From a virus (Duplodnaviria > Caudoviricetes): 27,440 nt of DNA. The notes under the pieces are model-generated. The model searched no databases. It was given only the letters and a program-made list of their open reading frames with translations, and was not told the origin of the DNA. Made by a program: the position numbers and the translations under genes. Every line of letters begins with the position of its first letter. Within the stretch, counting starts at the first letter, position 1. This document shows positions 8,300-15,874 of this stretch, one piece after another. The stretch spans positions 1 through 27,440 of the IMG/VR virus record IMGVR_UViG_3300033067_002280; one strand, written 5' to 3'.

Positions 8300-9112
8300 C
8301 TATTCGCCGTCTAGAGTGACGCCCAAACGTTCACTGCCGTTCATGTCTGCCACGACACGGTCCTTCGTGTCTCCGACGTCCCGGAACGTGACGGTCGCCG
8401 TAGCTCCTGCACCAGGTACGATGGTCGTCTTGCCTGCTGCGACTGCGGTGAGGATGCGCACGGCGTCGCCGTAGGAGAAGCCGGCTTCCATGATGGCGCT
8501 GAACACCGCGTCACCGACGTTCGCCGTGCTTAGTAGTTCGCCGGTCACAGAGATGCCGGCGCTCATGAACGCCTTGGCCAGGAGGTCGGCGGACATCGAG
8601 CTGCTACCAGTCAACGACGCAAGAAGACCTGCCGACGCGCCGAGCGCTGCGGTCAAGTCGCCGCTGCCTGAGAGCGCAGCCACTGCTTCTAGCTTGCCGA
8701 GGATGCTCGCGCTGACTGTGCCGCTGCCAGTGATGCTCGCGACTGCTGAGAGGATGAGTCCAAGCGCGGCGTTGGTGATATCGCCGGAGCCTGTGAGAGG
8801 TGCCACCGCGTTGAGGCCGCCGGCAAGGTTCGCGCTCGACACGTTGCCGGAGCCCAAAATGCGTTTACGCGACGCCATGCCGCCGCTCTTCTGCGGCATG
8901 TCCCAGCACGTCGGGTGCAGATAGCCTTCCGGCACTGCCGCGCGGTTGGTGACGTTCTGCACGCGCGCCTCTCCCAGCGCGAACAACCTACGCGCGCCAG
9001 GACTCCAAGCGACACCGCGCTCGGCGTTGTACGACCCGCTCGTCGTCGCGTTGCCGCCCATGTAGCGAGCGTTGCCTTGCGCGAGCCGCACGCAGTTGCT
9101 GATGAGCGCCAC
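8300..9112 (-). CDS. Putative virion fibre/appendage protein with ~20-aa GSG repeats (start corrected to GTG 9112; 270 aa)
   Basis: GTG lies 2 nt after the upstream stop and gives MALISNC.... Contains five AxLTGSGxh-type repeats and a compact C-terminal domain (AVRILTAVAAGKT..FRDVGDTKDRV..VTLD). Confidence 0.6.
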   Translation of the reverse strand: MALISNCVRLAQGNARYMGGNATTSGSYNAERGVAWSPGARRLFALGEARVQNVTNRAAVPEGYLHPTCWDMPQKSGGMASRKRILGSGNVSSANLAGGLNAVAPLTGSGDITNAALGLILSAVASITGSGTVSASILGKLEAVAALSGSGDLTAALGASAGLLASLTGSSSMSADLLAKAFMSAGISVTGELLSTANVGDAVFSAIMEAGFSYGDAVRILTAVAAGKTTIVPGAGATATVTFRDVGDTKDRVVADMNGSERLGVTLDGE

Positions 9113-9114
9113 GC

Positions 9115-10275
9115 TTATCCGCCCCATCCGAACTCGGCCACGCCCATGAACGGGCTGGCCGTCGTCGTTGCGCCGGTGCCGAAGAGCAACCACTGAAGGC
9201 ACGCCCCGTCGTCGATTTTGGGAAGGCTCACGAGCTGCGAGCGCAAGTCGCGCTCGGTCAAGATGCCGGTGACCGGCAGCGGTATCTCGGCAATCGGCTT
9301 CACGATGGCGAGTGCGACGACACCGGTGCCGGTGTACGCCACGCCGCCGGACCACGTGAACGAGTTGATGCGGGCGACGCCAGTGTCCGCAGCTTGCAAC
9401 GGGAGGAACGGACCGAAGCGGCCGGTCGCGTTGCCGCTGTGCAGGATGCGCGTCGCGTACGCGTCAGCCGCTGCGCCCATGTTCGGAGTGCCTTGGAACG
9501 CGCGCGTGCCAGCACCGGGAGTATCGGTGACGTTGTCGTACGCGCTCGCGGTCAAGTTCGGACCGCCGGTAGCTGGCGCGGTCTGCGAAACGAACAGCGC
9601 CTGATTGCCTACACCGCTAGAGCGCGTATGAATCATCAGCGTGTGCGTGCCGGTGCCTGCGTCGGTGAACGCCACAACGGTGCCGGCGATGGCGTTCGCG
9701 AGCGATGTTGCCACGCGCGCGGTCGTCGCGGACACGCGCACGAGGTAGTAGTCGGTGCCTGCCGAGAGACCGGTCGGCAGCGCACCGCCGGAGTTCGTGA
9801 AGCGTACCTTGGTTAGCGTGTTGAAGTCGTTGGTGTACGTGAGCAAGAGGCCGGAGCTGCTCGACGCCGTGAACGTGTTGCTGTTGATGAGCACGCGCGA
9901 GCCGGTGCCAGTCACGTTCGTCGTGCTCAGGCGATAGTAGCCTTGCAGGTCCACCAGCATTGCAATCCAGGGCGCGCCTGCTGCGGCGACCATCATCGCC
10001 TTGAGCGAGAGCAGGTGCTTGGTGGCCGGAGTCACAACGCCGCCGTGTTGCGGGCCGATGACCACGGTGCCGTCGCCGCTCGTCTCCCAGCATGACTGGA
10101 ATAGTAGGTCGGTGCCTGGGAACGTGCCGGCGTTCGGGTTGCCGGCGAGGCCGGTGAGCATGTGCCATCCACCTGCGGTGTGAACAGGCGCGGTGCTCTT
10201 CGTGAAGTCCATGCGCCCGCGCTTTCCGTTCACGGTCATTTGGTTCAGCATGTCGTCGTCGGATGTGTAGCCCAT
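9115..10275 (-). CDS. Putative virion structural protein, paralogue of 10286-11137, with an inserted ~80-aa module (start corrected to 10275; 386 aa)
   Basis: GGAG RBS before MGYTSDDD. Gly/Thr/Ala-rich, with motifs collinear with the neighbouring gene. Confidence 0.7.
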   Translation of the reverse strand: MGYTSDDDMLNQMTVNGKRGRMDFTKSTAPVHTAGGWHMLTGLAGNPNAGTFPGTDLLFQSCWETSGDGTVVIGPQHGGVVTPATKHLLSLKAMMVAAAGAPWIAMLVDLQGYYRLSTTNVTGTGSRVLINSNTFTASSSSGLLLTYTNDFNTLTKVRFTNSGGALPTGLSAGTDYYLVRVSATTARVATSLANAIAGTVVAFTDAGTGTHTLMIHTRSSGVGNQALFVSQTAPATGGPNLTASAYDNVTDTPGAGTRAFQGTPNMGAAADAYATRILHSGNATGRFGPFLPLQAADTGVARINSFTWSGGVAYTGTGVVALAIVKPIAEIPLPVTGILTERDLRSQLVSLPKIDDGACLQWLLFGTGATTTASPFMGVAEFGWGG

Positions 10276-10285
10276 GGCGTTTCTC

Positions 10286-11137
10286 CTAACCCCACACGAA
10301 CTGGCCGAAGCCGGTGAGGGTTCCTGCCGCAACGGAGGCGGCGCAATTCATGACGAGGTTCAGATACGCGCCGTCGAAGACAGCGGGTCCAGGCGAGCGT
10401 TGGTCGGCGAAAGAGAACTCGGCAGGCGTGTTGATTTCGCGGATGGACAAGTCGGCGAGTGGCTTCACCATCACGAGCGTTCCGAGGCCGCCGTTGAGCA
10501 CCGTGTTCTGGAAACTCACGATGGAGCGCACGCCACTATCGCCGCTTGCGAGCTGAAGGAACGGGCCGAAGCTCGCGTTGCTGGCCGGTTGCGACGTGAG
10601 CAGCGATGTGATGCCGGCAGCAGTCGTCGTATAGAAATGCACCGGGCTCGTCTTCGTGACGCCGTCTTGGTTGACGTAGGTGAACGTGAATTGCCCGCCA
10701 CCTGCGGTCGGCGCGACGCACACGAACATGACCTGCACTCCGGCGCCGTCGGTGTAGCGCGGGAGCGTGATGCTGTTGTCCATCACCTGCACGTCGGACT
10801 CGTCGCCGTCGACGAACGGGTAGTAGAGCAGGTAGTCGAGCATGATGTACCGCCCGACGAGCGCGGCTGTAGGAGTTTGCAGCGTCACGCAGTCGAGGTG
10901 CTTGCGGCTCGGCGTCTTGTCGGAGCCGTGGAAGATGCCACGGAAGCTGTCGAGCGTGGCAGCTACGAGCGGCGAGCTGGCGTAATAGTTCGGCGGAGGG
11001 TTGCCTGCGGCCATCGACAGGTCGACCCACCATTTTGCGACGGTGGCTTGCGATGGGACCTTACGGAAGCTGCACACGCTCATCTGCCCGTTGACGGCAG
11101 CGGCGGCGTACTCCCCGTAGTTCGCAAACCCGGGCAT
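10286..11137 (-). CDS. Putative virion structural protein (start corrected to 11137; 283 aa)
   Basis: MPGFANY starts 1 nt after the stop of the upstream small gene. Beta-rich composition. Confidence 0.7.
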   Translation of the reverse strand: MPGFANYGEYAAAAVNGQMSVCSFRKVPSQATVAKWWVDLSMAAGNPPPNYYASSPLVAATLDSFRGIFHGSDKTPSRKHLDCVTLQTPTAALVGRYIMLDYLLYYPFVDGDESDVQVMDNSITLPRYTDGAGVQVMFVCVAPTAGGGQFTFTYVNQDGVTKTSPVHFYTTTAAGITSLLTSQPASNASFGPFLQLASGDSGVRSIVSFQNTVLNGGLGTLVMVKPLADLSIREINTPAEFSFADQRSPGPAVFDGAYLNLVMNCAASVAAGTLTGFGQFVWG

Positions 11138-11138
11138 G

Positions 11139-11312
11139 TTACCCGGCCACCTGCGACTCGCCGGTGGCGGTCGCGCTGATGTCGGCGAGCACGCCGGACG
11201 TCTCGTGCTTGCACGCGCGGTCGATTTTGCCGTCAACGACGACGGCGCGCTCGCCGCACTCGGCGCACTTGTACTTCACCTTGTTGCGTAGTGGGTCGGC
11301 CGCGTTTTTCAT
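11139..11312 (-). CDS. Small Cys/His protein, 57 aa (absent from the ORF track)
   Basis: Reads MKNAADPLRNKVKYKCAECGERAVVVDGKIDRACKHETSGVLADISATATGESQVAG*. ATGA overlap with the upstream gene and fills the gap exactly. Confidence 0.75.
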   Translation of the reverse strand: MKNAADPLRNKVKYKCAECGERAVVVDGKIDRACKHETSGVLADISATATGESQVAG

Positions 11313-11482
11313 TTCTTCCTCAGGCTCGCGAGTAGCTCTTTGAACTGCTCGTCCAGTTGCTTGTAGTCCTCGAACGGCACCCAGTTACCTTCATCGGCGA
11401 GGTAGTCCCGGTAGAGCACGACGTCGCCGGCCTCGTCTGGAACGAGCGTGCCGTTCTCGTCAATGCGGTAGCGCGGTATCAT
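11309..11482 (-). CDS. Small acidic hypothetical protein, 57 aa (start corrected to 11482)
   Basis: Reads MIPRYRIDENG...LLASLRKK*, with ATGA overlaps at both ends. Confidence 0.7.
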   Translation of the reverse strand: MIPRYRIDENGTLVPDEAGDVVLYRDYLADEGNWVPFEDYKQLDEQFKELLASLRKK

Positions 11483-11913
11483 GCCTCGGTCACCGTCAGA
11501 GCGCCTGCCGCGAACTGCGGCTGAATCAAGTTCGCGACGGCAAGCGACGCGTTGAGCGCGCCAGCGTAGAGCACCTTGCCTGCGCCCGAGGACGCCGTGC
11601 CGATGGCAACGTGCGTGATGGTCGCACCGCTGACACCGCACTGGGCGAATTGAATCAGCGCAGCATTCTGCGTGGCGCCGCCGCTCGGGATTGCCCACCC
11701 GGACGTCGTGCGAACGACAGCGACGCGTACGTAGTTCGTGTACGCCGTCTCGTTGGTGAGCTGCGAGCCGCCGACGCCGGGGTTCGCCGTGTGCAACGAC
11801 AGGTAGAGGTTCCCTAGTGGGGACGAGCCTGCGTTGTCGGCGATGTTCGCCCAGTTCGTGGCGTTGAAAATCAAGGCGAGCAGGTCGTTGCATGCGTTCG
11901 TTGCTTTAGGCAT
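11479..11913 (-). CDS. Phage fibre/minor-tail-like structural protein (LYLSLHTAxPG family; 144 aa)
   Basis: LYLSLHTANPG..E..YTNYVRVAV..ITHVAIG..G.L..PQFAAGAL pattern. TGATG coupling at 11913. Confidence 0.7.
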   Translation of the reverse strand: MPKATNACNDLLALIFNATNWANIADNAGSSPLGNLYLSLHTANPGVGGSQLTNETAYTNYVRVAVVRTTSGWAIPSGGATQNAALIQFAQCGVSGATITHVAIGTASSGAGKVLYAGALNASLAVANLIQPQFAAGALTVTEA

Positions 11914-12143
11914 CACCATCCTCCGGGAAAGTAACTGTTGCCCGAGCCGCCGCCGCCGCCCGAGTTGTCGTCCACGTACTTCTTCGTCGCTGCATCTTGG
12001 TCTGCCGTAGGGTTTAGCAGATTCACTATCTTGAAACCATTGGCGTTTAGGTTCGCGCTCAGCGGGTTGGTGACCGCGCCACCTCCGGTGTCGACCAGGT
12101 CGAACTTGCCGGAGAGCGCGTTGAAGAGGAACTTCAGTGCCAT
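11913..12143 (-). CDS. Miniature fibre-like protein (76 aa)
   Basis: Contains LNANGFKIVNLLNPTADQDAATKKYVD, a trimeric fibre/adhesin neck-type repeat. TAATG coupling. Confidence 0.7.
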   Translation of the reverse strand: MALKFLFNALSGKFDLVDTGGGAVTNPLSANLNANGFKIVNLLNPTADQDAATKKYVDDNSGGGGGSGNSYFPGGW

Positions 12144-12379
12144 TACGTGCGCTCCACCTTGATGAGGTTGCCGCCGCTGTAGGTGAGCGTGAGCGTTGCG
12201 ACCGTCACCGTCGCGAGCTTGTAGACGACGGTGGTCAGGTCGCTGCCCGTGTAGCCCAGCTCGATGGTGTCGAAGTTCGCCGGGGTGAGCACGGAGTTGA
12301 TGCTCGTAAGCAGCGCGCCCTGCGCGTCCACCTTCGCCACGAACGCATCGTCGTCACCTGTGATTTGCGCTAGGCTCAT
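12143..12379 (-). CDS. Small beta-rich hypothetical protein (78 aa; start corrected to 12379)
   Basis: ATGA overlap with the MuF stop. Pattern FDTIELGY..LTTVVYK..VATLTLTY..GNL..V.RT. Confidence 0.7.
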   Translation of the reverse strand: MSLAQITGDDDAFVAKVDAQGALLTSINSVLTPANFDTIELGYTGSDLTTVVYKLATVTVATLTLTYSGGNLIKVERT

Positions 12380-13263
12380 GCAACCCTCAGAACAGTGGAG
12401 CACTCGCAGTGCGGGTGCGCCGGTGGCCCTTTGATGACGCGTCCGTCAACCGGCGAGACCCAGTGCCCGTCGAGCTTCACGCGAATGCCGTCGAGCTTCT
12501 TGCACAGGTCCTTGCACGCGCTCGCGCTCGCGACCCACTCCTTCTTGGCGTTGTCGGAGATAAGCCCGTCGCTGCGCGCTACTTGCCACGCTGTGTCGCG
12601 GGCCTGGGTCTCGATAGCGACAGTCTCGGTGCGTGCGATTCTCTCAGCGCGTTTTTGGTGAAGCTCGTCGGAGTAGCGAGCGACCGCAGTTTGGATTTTC
12701 CGCTCAGGTACGCCAGCAGCTCGCATGGCATCTTCCCTGCGGAAGACTGCGGTGCTCTCTCGGTCGGTGAGTCCGACGACCCACTTGATGTCGCGTATGA
12801 CGTTCTCTGGCCTGACGTCAGGGTCAAAACGCATTGCGAGCGTGTTCCGCAGGTTGTCTCGCTGCTCGTCTCCAATACCCACGACGAGGTCTGCTGAACG
12901 GTTGAAGATAAATGTATCATCGTGAGGCACCTCCGCGAAGCGATTGAGCGCCGGCTCCTTCGCCTTCGCCACGCGTATGCCGGAGCCCACGCGCGCGTAC
13001 TCTTTGTCGGCGCTGAACTTGAACGCGTTCTTCAGCGCGCCGTTCATCACATGCACGAGCCCCGCCTTGATTTCGGCGCTGCGCGCGTCACGGGGGTCGG
13101 CAAGGTTGGGCAGCGCCGCAAGCGCGCCGTTCAAGTCGCGGCGCTGCAATGCGCTCAGCATATCACGAAGCACGTCTGGAGTGAGCATTGCGTGCGCGAG
13201 GGCGCGCCAGACCTCGGCGATGCGCGCTACGACGCGCGGGTCCGGTGGACGCGCAACACTCAC
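12376..13263 (-). CDS. Minor head morphogenesis protein (MuF / SPP1 gp7-like; 295 aa; start GTG 13263)
   Basis: RAERIARTET, KEW..C..C..LDG and GPPAHPHCECS motifs. GTGA overlap with the portal stop. Confidence 0.88.
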   Translation of the reverse strand: MSVARPPDPRVVARIAEVWRALAHAMLTPDVLRDMLSALQRRDLNGALAALPNLADPRDARSAEIKAGLVHVMNGALKNAFKFSADKEYARVGSGIRVAKAKEPALNRFAEVPHDDTFIFNRSADLVVGIGDEQRDNLRNTLAMRFDPDVRPENVIRDIKWVVGLTDRESTAVFRREDAMRAAGVPERKIQTAVARYSDELHQKRAERIARTETVAIETQARDTAWQVARSDGLISDNAKKEWVASASACKDLCKKLDGIRVKLDGHWVSPVDGRVIKGPPAHPHCECSTVLRVA

Positions 13264-15119
13264 TTGGGCAAGCCGCCCGGCAGGTGCTCCCCGACGATGT
13301 CGTCCGCGCCCTTGGTAGGCACGCCCGGCGGCTTGGGTCCGCCTCCGAACGGCGTGGTCGGCGCTGCCGGCGTGGGCTTGAAGCCGGCGCCAGCGGAGCC
13401 CATGACCTTCTCGGCGTCTTCGACGGAGAGGCGGAAGCCGATTTGCAGTTGGGCGATGCCGGAGTCGCGAGGGATGGTTCCCTCGGTGACGGCCTGCACG
13501 ACCGCGAGCATGCCCGCGAGCTGCGCGCCGTTCATGGCCGTGTCGGCGAGCTTGGTGTCCGCCGGCACTGCGACGCCTGCGACTGCGGGCGACGCGCCTG
13601 GCGGCGTCGTGGTGTTCGTGGGAGCCCCTGCCGCTGGCGCGCCTGGCTGCGCTTGTGCGCTCGGCAATCCACCAGGCAGGTGCTCGGCCACGAGTTGGTC
13701 GGCGGTTTTGACGCCGCCGCTTTCGCCCGGTGCGCCGCCTTGTTCTGCGGCACCAGGCAAACCGGTAGGTAGGTGTTCGGCAATGAGCTGGTCGGCGGTC
13801 TTCACGCCCTCGGGCGTTTGCGCCGCCTCGCTCTTGGCTTCGTACGGAAGGTTCGCGAGGTCGTAGATTTTCTGCTTGAGCTTCTCGCTCTCGGGGCCGA
13901 CGAAGCCGACGAGGAAGAGCTTCTCCAAGAGCGTGCCGAGCTTCTCCAGGTCCGGCGTCTCGACATCGCCTCGCTTGAAGTGCGCGAAGTTGCGAGGGTC
14001 GAAGCAGTTCAGCTCCATGAGGTTGTCGACGGGACCTCGGTTGATGGTCTCCTCCATGTTGTCGAGGAGCGCGCCTAGCGCGAGACCGAAGAGGTTCGTC
14101 GCGCTGTCGTGCTGCGCGAAGCTGCCGACGGCGTTGCTCTGCACACCCATCTGCATGAACTGCGCGAGGAAGACCTGGAGGATGTCCGTCTTGAACGAGT
14201 CCTTCACCTTCGTGATGTCGAGCGCGCGCTGGCCCGGCGACGCCATGAGCTTGAAGAGCCAACCGCTGTCGGTGCCGTCGGGGTTCTTCGACGATGGCAC
14301 GAGCGCGAAGCCTCGCTCGTTGTTCTTCACCGCGCCGAGCATGCGCTCGACAGCGAGTCGCAGCGCTTTCTTCTCGGCGGGCGCGCCTGGGTTGAGGATG
14401 TCCGCCGGCACCTCCATCGTGGGCAAGCCGGTGAGGTCGCGCTCTATGCCGATAGCCTCGACGTCCTCGATGTGCTTGAGGCGCAGGTACGGGATGATGG
14501 CGTTGCGGAAGAGCGAGCGGCCCTCGGGGTTGTTCTTGAACTTCTCGGTGCGGAAGTGGACTAGGCGCTCGATGGGAATGAACGTGTAGCGCGAGACGTA
14601 GTTGTCGCGCTGCCACATGCCCTTGAGGTCGAAGGTGTTCTTGTCGAACTCCCAGCGCTCGATGGAGTCCTGCGAGCGCAGCTCCATCTTGCGCCAGCCG
14701 ATGAGGCCGTCCTCGTACTTCGAGTGAATCATCTTCACGTCAGGGTTGTGGCCCCGGCGCATCTTGTGAATGACCTCCAGCTCGGCGTGCCCGAACTCCA
14801 CCATCGAGAGGGCCTCGGCGATGAAGTCGTGCCACGTGTGCTCCATGTCGTCGCGACCGGTCTCCAAGAGCATCGCGGAGCGCTCGGCCTCGGCGGCGTC
14901 GACGGGCTCCTTGGCTTGCTCGACGTTCCACGCCACCTGGCGCACGAGCGAGTGGAGCAGCGAGCGTATCGCGCCGGCCTGCGGGTTGTTGTGCGTGAAC
15001 TCCTTGAACAGCTCCAGGCCGCGCGGGCCTTTGAGCTGGCGCATGAACTCTTCGAGGACATAGCCGCCTGTGCGATACAGACCGCTTGTGCCGAGGATGT
15101 CGAGGTTCATTTCAGCCAC
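13260..15119 (-). CDS. Portal protein (DUF935-like) with a long C-terminal extension
   Basis: FGHAELE, NNPEGRSLFR, EAIGIERDLTGLP and GSFA motifs, downstream of TerL. Confidence 0.9.
   Translation of the reverse strand: MAEMNLDILGTSGLYRTGGYVLEEFMRQLKGPRGLELFKEFTHNNPQAGAIRSLLHSLVRQVAWNVEQAKEPVDAAEAERSAMLLETGRDDMEHTWHDFIAEALSMVEFGHAELEVIHKMRRGHNPDVKMIHSKYEDGLIGWRKMELRSQDSIERWEFDKNTFDLKGMWQRDNYVSRYTFIPIERLVHFRTEKFKNNPEGRSLFRNAIIPYLRLKHIEDVEAIGIERDLTGLPTMEVPADILNPGAPAEKKALRLAVERMLGAVKNNERGFALVPSSKNPDGTDSGWLFKLMASPGQRALDITKVKDSFKTDILQVFLAQFMQMGVQSNAVGSFAQHDSATNLFGLALGALLDNMEETINRGPVDNLMELNCFDPRNFAHFKRGDVETPDLEKLGTLLEKLFLVGFVGPESEKLKQKIYDLANLPYEAKSEAAQTPEGVKTADQLIAEHLPTGLPGAAEQGGAPGESGGVKTADQLVAEHLPGGLPSAQAQPGAPAAGAPTNTTTPPGASPAVAGVAVPADTKLADTAMNGAQLAGMLAVVQAVTEGTIPRDSGIAQLQIGFRLSVEDAEKVMGSAGAGFKPTPAAPTTPFGGGPKPPGVPTKGADDIVGEHLPGGLPK
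13264..13809 (-). repeat. Three copies of a ~17-aa motif (K-T/G-AD-x-h-x-x-EHLP-x-GLP) in the portal tail
   Basis: GVKTADQLIAEHLPTGLP (~13753-13809), GVKTADQLVAEHLPGGLP (~13662-13716) and KGADDIVGEHLPGGLPK (~13264-13313). Confidence 0.9.
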
Positions 15120-15305
15120 GCTGGTTTCCCTTTAGGGTTGTCGGAGACGACGGCGTGCTGGCTGTACAGCTCTCGGCATGCGCCGAAAAGCAACGCTTCG
15201 GAGAATCTGCCACGGGTGCCACTACGTGCGCAATGGCGACGACGCTCAGGCCGGGTGACCGCCCTCCTGAGCGCCGTCTAGTCCGACGGCGTGTCTCTCG
15301 TCGGG
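15120..15305 (-). ncRNA. Candidate structured RNA in the 186-nt leader of the portal gene
   Basis: 13-bp stem GACGGCGCUCAGG/CCUGAGCGUCGUC, 8-bp stem GCCAUUGC/GUAGUGGC and stem UUUCGGC/GCCGAGA. The G-U pairs favour the minus strand. Confidence 0.4.
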
Positions 15306-15767
15306 TTATGCTGTTGGAGGCTTGCCGACGGGAGTCTTCTCGTCGTCGGCGATGAGCGCCTCGTCTTTGGGAGCGCTTGACGCCTTGGGCGCGCGCTTCG
15401 TGATTGCGGTGTACATGACGAGCCACGCGCGCTGCATGATGCTCAACGGAGGCTTGCCGATTTGCGGAGTGTCGAAGCCGAGGAACTTTGCCTCGTGCTC
15501 GGGAACGAAGGCTATTTGCGGTTTGGTCCACTGCCATTGGACCGGCGAGAGGCAGTGCGTGCACACCATCGCGCCTTGGTTGCTCGACGCGAAGTTCACC
15601 TCGCGACACTGCGTGCAAACGCCGCGAAGAAGACCACCGGCGTGAAGCTTTACCGTGTTGCCTTCTTCGTCTTCGAGCTGCACGTAGTGGTGATTGCGCA
15701 CCCACATGAAGCTTCTGACGTTCGCCGGCAGCTTCGTCGTGACGAGCGTGATGTGTTTGTTCTTCAT
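15306..15767 (-). CDS. Hypothetical Zn-ribbon protein (153 aa; start corrected to 15767)
   Basis: CTQC-x14-CTHC. The start avoids overlap with TerL. Confidence 0.7.
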   Translation of the reverse strand: MKNKHITLVTTKLPANVRSFMWVRNHHYVQLEDEEGNTVKLHAGGLLRGVCTQCREVNFASSNQGAMVCTHCLSPVQWQWTKPQIAFVPEHEAKFLGFDTPQIGKPPLSIMQRAWLVMYTAITKRAPKASSAPKDEALIADDEKTPVGKPPTA

Positions 15768-15874
15768 TGCCCAGTTATCTACAGCACGAGCCGGGAATAT
15801 TCTAGATTGCAAAAACGCCACGGCGCCGAAAACCTGCGACATGCCGGTCAAGCTAGCACACGAAAAGCACGCTG

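Noticed and set aside
12376-12700. MuF polymorphic toxin
   Set aside because: The protein ends right after the HPHCEC motif, with no C-terminal toxin domain.
13264-14616. 746-aa ORF suggesting a giant MuF protein
   Set aside because: The upstream 451 codons are an Arg-rich alternative frame of the portal gene. The GTGA overlap at 13263 gives a normal MuF start.
15809-15820. Sigma-54-like TGGC...TTGC on the minus strand
   Set aside because: The spacing is 4 nt instead of the required 7.
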